From NCBI GenBank assembly GCA_963664015.2, contig CAXXLF010000001.1:96001-160000 (forward strand): a DNA stretch of 64,000 nt. Reading direction: 5' to 3'. Positions 57,864-64,000 of this stretch are shown in pieces (the stretch's first letter is position 1; the number at the start of each line of letters is the position of its first letter). The notes below the pieces were generated by a model. It was not told where the DNA came from and ran no database searches. It saw nothing but the letters and a program-made list of their open reading frames with translations. The position numbers were made by a program, and so were the translations under genes. The stretch comes from Candidatus Binatia bacterium (GTDB taxonomy: Bacteria > Desulfobacterota > Binatia > UBA9968 > CAXXLF01).

Positions 57864-60644
57864 TCAGTCTTTCCTTTGGCTTTGTAATTCTTGCAGCCGC
57901 TTGAGACTTAAGTTCACTGTGCGAATTTTGTCTTCCAATTCAACGGCCTTTTTCTTTTCCTTATCGATCACCTCGGGCTTAGCTTTTTTGAGAAATTCCT
58001 CATTGGCCAATTTTTTTTGTGCGCGAGCCAACTCAACTTGTATTTTCCCAACTTCCTTGCTGAGCCGAGTCTCTTCCTCTTCCAAATTCATGGCTTCGGA
58101 AACCGGGAGAAAGATTTCCGTAGACCCGACCACCCCCGTAATGGCATTCTTGGGTCGAGATTTGCTGCCGGCATACTCAACGGAGCTCACGCGAGCCAGG
58201 CTCCGAATAGTGGGCTCCTGGTCTCTCAATAATTTAAGGGTTTGTTCCCTGCGAATCGCATCCCGGTCTCCATCGACAACGAAGATCTCCACAGGCCGAC
58301 CGGGAGAAACGTTGCATTCGGACCGGAGGTTCCTAATTGTCCGGATAATCTCGGTTATAAAAGTTACCTGCACCTCGACCTCCGGCTGCCGCCATCCGGC
58401 TACAGACTTGGGGTAAGGCTGAACCATGATGCTTGACTTTCCATCAACCTGATTCAAGGCCTGCCATATCTCTTCAGTCACAAAGGGCATGATCGGATGG
58501 AGCAGGAGCAGCACCTGCTCGAGAACGGTTCTCAGAACCTGCCGGGTCTTTTGCGGCTCGTTACCAAGCTTGCCCCCAAGCGAAAGCTTGCTCATCTCAA
58601 GATACCAATCGCAGAACTCATGCCAGGTGAACTGGTAAAGATGATGGGCGTAATCATTAAACCGGTACCCATCAATGGCCTTCCTAGCCTGGTCAACTGT
58701 ATAGTCAAGGCGGGAAAGAATCCACTGGTCCGCCAAATTCAATTGCTTTATCGAATTATTCTCCAATGATAAGGGTTCGTCTTGATCGTCCAGGTTCATG
58801 AAGGTAAACCGAGAGGCATTCCAGAGTTTGTTAACAAAGTTCTGATAACCGGATACCCGATCCTCAGCCATCTTCACGTCCCGCCCCATGGCGCTCAGCG
58901 CTGCAAGCGTAAAGCGAAAGGCATCGGTCCCGTAACGACCCATAACATCGAGCGGATCGATGACGTTTCCCTTGGATTTGGACATTTTCTGTCCTTCCAG
59001 GTCTCGAACCAAGGCGTGAATATAGACATCACGGAACGGGACATCCCCCATTAGCTTCAACCCCATCATCATCATTCGGGCGACCCAGAAAAAAAGGATG
59101 TCGAAACCCGTCACCAGGACCGCCGTCGGATAAAAAGTTTTGAGTTCCGGTGTCTCCTTTGGCCAGCCCAGTGTTGAGAAAGGCCACAGGGCCGAGGAAA
59201 ACCAGGTATCGAGAACATCCGGATCCTGAAAGAGCTGGGTTCCACCGCACCGGTCGCACGTGCTCGGGGCTTCTAACTGGACGATGGGCTTGGCCTCGGG
59301 GCTGATGACGAATTCCGAGGAGGTAGAATCTCCCCCATTTCTGCGCAGGTGGACCGATTCGCAGCTCGTACAGTACCAGGCAGGGATTTGGTGGCCCCAC
59401 CAGATCTGACGCGAGATACACCAGTCCTTGATATTCTCCATCCATGCAAAAAAGGAATTGGCCCAACCCTCGGGAATGATCTTAATCCGTCCATCCCGCA
59501 CTGCTTGCATGGCCGGCTCGGCCAAGGGCTTGATTTTGACGAACCACTGGGGCGTGGAATAGGGTTCAATCACCGTATGGCAACGGTAACACTGTCCGAT
59601 GGCCAACCCGTAGGGCTCGACCTTTTCCAGTAGCCCTTCTTCTTTAAGATCCTCCACAACAAGTTTTCTGGCATCAAAGCGATCCTTACCGGTATATCGC
59701 TTGAGCCATTCCCCGGCTTCGGCGAATGCTGAGGCACGAATCTTTGCCTCGTCGTCGAAAATTCCGATGATGTCCAATCCGTGTCTTTGGCCGATCTCAA
59801 AGTCGTTAAAATCATGCCCCGGCGTAATCTTGAGAGCTCCGGTCCCAAACTCGGGGTCCACATACGGGTCTGCAATGACGGGGATGAGCCGCCCCACAAT
59901 GGGGAGACGAAGCTTTCGGCCGATGAATTTCTGGTAGCGTTCGTCTTCGGGGTGAACGGCCACGGCTGTATCGCCGAGCATGGTTTCGGGCCGTGTCGTC
60001 GCCACCACGAGCCATTCCGATGACTCACCTTCTATAGGGTAGCGGATATGCCAGAGGTGACCGCTGGACTCTTCGTGGACAACTTCAATATCGGCCAGTG
60101 CCGTCTTACACCGGGGACACCAGTTGATAAGCCGTTCCGCCCGATACAACAATCCATCACGCCACAGACGGACAAAGGCCTCACGGACTGCGAGGGAAAG
60201 CCCTTCGTCCATGGTAAAGCGCTCCCGGCTCCAATCACAGGAAACACCCAGGGCCTTTAACTGGCTCAGGATCGTACTGCCGGTTTCGGCCCGCCATTTC
60301 CAAACACGTTCGATGAATTTTTCCCGACCCAGCTGAGCGCGGTCCGTGCCCTGCGCGGCGAGCTGTCGCTCCACCACATTCTGCGTCGCGATGCCCGCAT
60401 GGTCCGTCCCCGGGATCCACAGGACACTGCAACCATCCATGCGTTTGTAACGGCAAAGAATGTCCTGAAGCGTATTGTTGAGGGCATGACCCATGTGAAG
60501 CGAACCCGTGACGTTGGGCGGAGGGATCACCATGGAGAAGGGATGGGTCGCCCCGTCGGAGGGACGGAAATATTTCTCCCAACGGGAATACCAGCGCACT
60601 TCCACCTCTTTGTGAGAGTATGTTTTATCCAGTTGTCGCGTCAT
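57864..60644 (-). CDS. valS: Valine--tRNA ligase
   Basis: PPPNVTGSLHMGH, DWCISRQ and KMSKS motifs plus C-terminal coiled coil. Confidence 0.98.
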   Translation of the reverse strand: MTRQLDKTYSHKEVEVRWYSRWEKYFRPSDGATHPFSMVIPPPNVTGSLHMGHALNNTLQDILCRYKRMDGCSVLWIPGTDHAGIATQNVVERQLAAQGTDRAQLGREKFIERVWKWRAETGSTILSQLKALGVSCDWSRERFTMDEGLSLAVREAFVRLWRDGLLYRAERLINWCPRCKTALADIEVVHEESSGHLWHIRYPIEGESSEWLVVATTRPETMLGDTAVAVHPEDERYQKFIGRKLRLPIVGRLIPVIADPYVDPEFGTGALKITPGHDFNDFEIGQRHGLDIIGIFDDEAKIRASAFAEAGEWLKRYTGKDRFDARKLVVEDLKEEGLLEKVEPYGLAIGQCYRCHTVIEPYSTPQWFVKIKPLAEPAMQAVRDGRIKIIPEGWANSFFAWMENIKDWCISRQIWWGHQIPAWYCTSCESVHLRRNGGDSTSSEFVISPEAKPIVQLEAPSTCDRCGGTQLFQDPDVLDTWFSSALWPFSTLGWPKETPELKTFYPTAVLVTGFDILFFWVARMMMMGLKLMGDVPFRDVYIHALVRDLEGQKMSKSKGNVIDPLDVMGRYGTDAFRFTLAALSAMGRDVKMAEDRVSGYQNFVNKLWNASRFTFMNLDDQDEPLSLENNSIKQLNLADQWILSRLDYTVDQARKAIDGYRFNDYAHHLYQFTWHEFCDWYLEMSKLSLGGKLGNEPQKTRQVLRTVLEQVLLLLHPIMPFVTEEIWQALNQVDGKSSIMVQPYPKSVAGWRQPEVEVQVTFITEIIRTIRNLRSECNVSPGRPVEIFVVDGDRDAIRREQTLKLLRDQEPTIRSLARVSSVEYAGSKSRPKNAITGVVGSTEIFLPVSEAMNLEEEETRLSKEVGKIQVELARAQKKLANEEFLKKAKPEVIDKEKKKAVELEDKIRTVNLSLKRLQELQSQRKD

Positions 60645-60653
60645 AGATTCCTC

Positions 60654-61166
60654 TCATCGTGTCGGTTGCTCCCCTGACTCTGATGGGGGATCCTCTACCA
60701 CTTCCACAAGCTCGATGGGCGCTGGGTCGACTTTCTGGGTTTGTTTTTTCCGCCTTGCCTTTTTACCGACAGCCCCGTGTGCTTTTGGGACTGCACCTCT
60801 GGAAAGGGCCTCATGACCGCCTTGGCTCCCCTTGGGAGAAAGCAGGGTATCCAAGGCCATCTGAAAAGAATCCCTACCGAGCGGCTTGGCCACACTTAAA
60901 AGATTGTTCCTCTTTATTGGACACGCCTCCCCCTTCTCCGCAAGCCAAAGTGTTGGCAGATGGCTTCTTTGAATAGTGCCCAGCAAATCGGATCCAGTAA
61001 CCTCGGCGAACTCTGCAGCGGAACCGTCAACAATCAAAAGGCTACTGGCGTTGACCTTGTCCTCATCCCAATGTCCAGTTATGTCAACGTCATGATAACG
61101 GAAGAGAAACATATTGATGATCTGCCCTAATACCCGGTCGGAACTGATCAACAGGATTCGACTCAT
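60654..61166 (-). CDS. Hypothetical protein with a degenerate receiver-like N-terminus
   Basis: RILLIS...LLIVD...KP pattern lacking the acidic pocket; upstream of valS. Confidence 0.6.
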   Translation of the reverse strand: MSRILLISSDRVLGQIINMFLFRYHDVDITGHWDEDKVNASSLLIVDGSAAEFAEVTGSDLLGTIQRSHLPTLWLAEKGEACPIKRNNLLSVAKPLGRDSFQMALDTLLSPKGSQGGHEALSRGAVPKAHGAVGKKARRKKQTQKVDPAPIELVEVVEDPPSESGEQPTR

Positions 61167-61204
61167 TTTCTACGACCAACGCTGAGGTTTATCGGGATCT
61201 CGTC

Positions 61205-61232
61205 TTGACAAGGTGCATTCTCTGGATAAGAT
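61205..61232 (+). promoter_or_regulatory. Sigma70 promoter for tRNA-Leu
   Basis: TTGACA-16 nt-TAAGAT. Confidence 0.55.
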
Positions 61233-61253
61233 TAAAGAACCCATCTTCTCCAT

Positions 61254-61340
61254 GCGAAAGTGGCGGAATTGGTAGACGCGCAGGATTCAGGTTCCTGTGG
61301 GGTAACACCCGTGGGGGTTCGATTCCCCCCTTTCGCACCA
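61254..61340 (+). tRNA. tRNA-Leu (CAG)
   Basis: GCGAAAG/CTTTCGC acceptor stem, CAGGA-TTCAGGT-TCCTG anticodon arm, long variable arm, ACCA end. Confidence 0.95.
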
Positions 61341-61575
61341 ATGTTTTCAAGTGGTTGTGTCTTATGTGCCATACTCTCCACCGAATATCCACCCTCCGGG
61401 GTCTTCCGATCCCCGCTCCCTTCCATAACGATTAGGATTCCCTCGCGGGCATCATGCCCGGACATTAAAATTTGGGGCACCATTACGCAATCGAGGTTAG
61501 GAGGCTGATTACGGATGTCCCACGGCTGCCACGATCAGACGATGATATTACTTCATCCACTCCGCCCCGTTGGAT

Positions 61576-61606
61576 AAAAAAAACCAAGGCCCTTTGGGCC
61601 TTGGTT
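61576..61606 (-). terminator. Rho-independent terminator
   Basis: Minus strand AACCAAGGCC-CAAAG-GGCCTTGGTT followed by a T run. Confidence 0.8.
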
Positions 61607-61653
61607 CTCATACTCTTTGGCGGGACGCCTACCCCAAGTAACGTTTGAAAGAT

Positions 61654-62622
61654 TTATTGTTGGGGATAGAGATCCTTGAAAAAGCCCTCGGATTCGAGCT
61701 TGCGTACGAAATGGAGGTCCCAGAGTTTAACCGGGTTACCCCCTCTATCGTTTAGGTTCGGATAAACGATCTCCGCAATGCGATAGGCATTGTACAGGGA
61801 ATCGTAATCAGGACAGAGACTCGGGTTCAGGATATTGACCAGTCTACCGTGATAGCTTTCCAGCTCCTCGTCGTCCTTGATACCCAGCCTGTCCGCAATC
61901 TGTCCCCCGAGCATCTCAAGGGTCTTCTCCTTCTCGTTACGAATGAAGGCAATTCCCTGGGCAAGGGCCTTGGTAATGCGCAAATAGAGCTCACTGTTCT
62001 CTTCCACGTAGGGAACCATCGTCGTCAAGGTAATGGAGTTGACCATGGGGAAAGCGGGCATGACTTTGGTTTGGAGCCCAAGGCGCTTGCAGGCAACTTC
62101 CTGTGTGGCGTTCACAAATCCGGCATCCGCCTTGCCATCAAGAACCAATTGTATTGTATTGATCTCTTTGGACGGGGCTTGGCAGTCCATTTCCTCGGAC
62201 GAAACCCCCGCGTCGCGCAGGTAGAGTTCGTGGGTACCGCGCGGGTGACTGGTAAGATGCCCGCGATCATCAACCAACTTGCTTTCCGCCAGAGTCTTCC
62301 CTTTCAGTTCCTTCAGGTCATGGACCGGTTTCGCGCTCACCAACATGTCTTCAGCGGTATTCACTGCCTGGGCCATACATACCAGAGGAACCCCGTTGGC
62401 GACCCGCCAATGGGGGGTAATGTGGCAGCCAAAGATCACGTTGCATTTGCCTGATATCAGTTCATCTTCCGCACTTGTCGCATCCCGTTTGAGGTCCATG
62501 CGGGTTACGTCTATTCCTAGCCGATCCCAGATCCCCGCGCGATCCATAACGGTAATGAGGGACAATTGGGAATGATTGGAACGATAAATCACCTTTGCTT
62601 CTAAACGCTTTTCTGGACTCAT
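61654..62622 (-). CDS. NMT1/SsuA-like type II periplasmic-binding-fold protein without signal peptide
   Basis: GIWDRLGIDV, DLKELKGKTLA, GKADAGF and KLESEGFFKDLY; start at ATG 62622 after AAGGAGG. Confidence 0.75.
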   Translation of the reverse strand: MSPEKRLEAKVIYRSNHSQLSLITVMDRAGIWDRLGIDVTRMDLKRDATSAEDELISGKCNVIFGCHITPHWRVANGVPLVCMAQAVNTAEDMLVSAKPVHDLKELKGKTLAESKLVDDRGHLTSHPRGTHELYLRDAGVSSEEMDCQAPSKEINTIQLVLDGKADAGFVNATQEVACKRLGLQTKVMPAFPMVNSITLTTMVPYVEENSELYLRITKALAQGIAFIRNEKEKTLEMLGGQIADRLGIKDDEELESYHGRLVNILNPSLCPDYDSLYNAYRIAEIVYPNLNDRGGNPVKLWDLHFVRKLESEGFFKDLYPQQ

Positions 62623-62704
62623 CAGGTCAGATCCTCCTTTTGGATGTAAGAACGGGGCTCTTAACGTATGCTCGATTAATAATGGGGAGTCAAGAGACCC
62701 CGTT

Positions 62705-63989
62705 TTAAACATCTTTGAGCTTAAAATTGGCTGGGGACTTTTCAAAGAGCTCTTGCAACTGGGCGAAGCTCTCTTTACAACCGGCTAAATTCTTTCGTTT
62801 GGCCGACCGGTATCGAATCGACACCCGTCCCGTCCAACCCCTCAACCACATCCAGGACAGTTATGGCCTCGATGGAACGTGCAGGATGATACCCGATACC
62901 CCCTTCTTCATCGAGCTTTACCTCCGAAAGCAGGGAGGCATCGACCAGCTCATTGATAAGCTGACGGACGAGTCGGATTGGTATTTCCAGTTGTAATGAA
63001 CGATTTTCAATGCCAGCAACTTCTTGAATGCACCGCTGACCTTTAAACTGTCCGGCTCGAGTTCGTAGGTTTCAACGTTTTGTTCGGTGAAGGAGACCTC
63101 AGCACTAAAAAGGACCACCAGCCAACTGAACTGAAGCCAAACCAGAAACAGCGGCAAGGCGGCGAAGGTTCCATAAATCGCCCCATAATTCGCAACACCT
63201 ACCTGGAACGTAATGTAAAACCACTGCAGTAACTGGAAGATCGTGCCCGCAAGGACTCCGGCCATGATGCAGGCCTTAAGCCTCACCTGGGTATTGGGAA
63301 GAAAAAAGTAAATGAAGGTGAAGAGGATCCAGACGACCCCATAGGGTAAAATATTGAGCTCCATCAAGATCGCGTCGCCCAATGGCCCCAGATAAGGAAA
63401 GCCGCTCAACGATGCCGGTCACCTCACCGGTAATTAGCACGGTCATACTACTGGCCATAATCAACAGAACCGGACAGATGAACATGACCAAGAGGTAGTC
63501 ACTAAACTTACGTCCCCAGGTCCTGGGACTCTTAATACCCCAAATATCGTTAAAGGAACTTTCAATATTCCCAAGAAGCTTGATCACGGTCCAGAACAGT
63601 ACCCCCACTCCCACACCAGCGATCAAGCCTCCCCGGGTATTTTCCAAGAGGGTACGAGCAAAGGCGATGATCCGCTCGACCACCTCTTCTTGACCTTGCA
63701 AATTCTCAATGATCTGTTGTTCGAGCCGTCTTTCAAACCCAAATCCCTTGGCAACCCCGAATACCAGGGCCGCCATAGGGACCACGGACAACAACGAGTA
63801 AAATGTTAATGCAGCGGCACGCAGCTGGCACTTGTCCTCCCCAAACCCGCGAATGGCCAGGAGGAGGATTCGCAGCTGCCGGATCCAAAAGAACTTCTGG
63901 TAGGGCAGATCACGGCCACGTATACGCCAGATATCTATCTTGAGAAACTGAACCGACCGTGAGACCTAAGTGGACAGCTTTTTCTTCAT
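62705..63989 (-). pseudogene. YihY/BrkB family membrane protein with C-terminal wHTH, pseudogene
   Basis: MKKKLST*...RAAALTFYSLLSVVP...IESSFNDIW...PNTQV...YGAIYGTFAALP; early TAG, frameshifts and a late TAA. Confidence 0.85.
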
Positions 63990-64000
63990 GGGATCCCCTC

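Noticed and set aside
57310-58416. Long plus-strand ORFs (also 51991-52773, 54235-55023, 55520-56158, 49314-49895)
   Set aside because: Antisense shadows of well-supported minus-strand genes, with no recognisable motifs
1-64000. Alternative genetic code (stop-codon reassignment) to explain the in-frame stops
   Set aside because: Internal stops are of all three types and co-occur with frameshifts and deletions; TGA, TAG and TAA all end intact genes normally
1-64000. CRISPR array, rRNA, selC or other sel genes
   Set aside because: No regularly spaced repeats, rRNA-like sequence or tRNA-Sec seen; Sec machinery would have to be elsewhere in the genome

Overview
Bacterial chromosomal segment, GC-rich. 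Gene content and synteny (receiver-like ORF-valS-nadC-birA-coaX, pgsA-tRNA-Gly, many amidohydrolase/UbiD/NMT1-type genes) look deltaproteobacterial/Binatia-like, which is inference. It carries dnaA with upstream DnaA boxes (candidate oriC, no dnaN next to it), three tRNAs (Met, Gly, Leu), a variant pseudaminic-acid/LPS glycosylation cluster, an aromatic-acid catabolic cluster, intact housekeeping genes, and about a dozen decaying accessory loci (TRAP transporter, EF-G paralog, YihY, M20 peptidase, globin, NCS2 permease and others). The strongest hidden signal is an SQR/FCSD-family flavoprotein at 47661-48812 (minus strand). Its apparent stop (TGA 47823-47825) sits where the second catalytic Cys is expected, is followed by a SECIS-like hairpin and an intact family C-terminus, so it is a predicted selenoprotein. 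It abuts a small protein with HiPIP-like Cys spacing and lies downstream of a diiron-enzyme/cyclase/DHDPS gene run. No CRISPR array, rRNA, integrase or intact transposase was seen.
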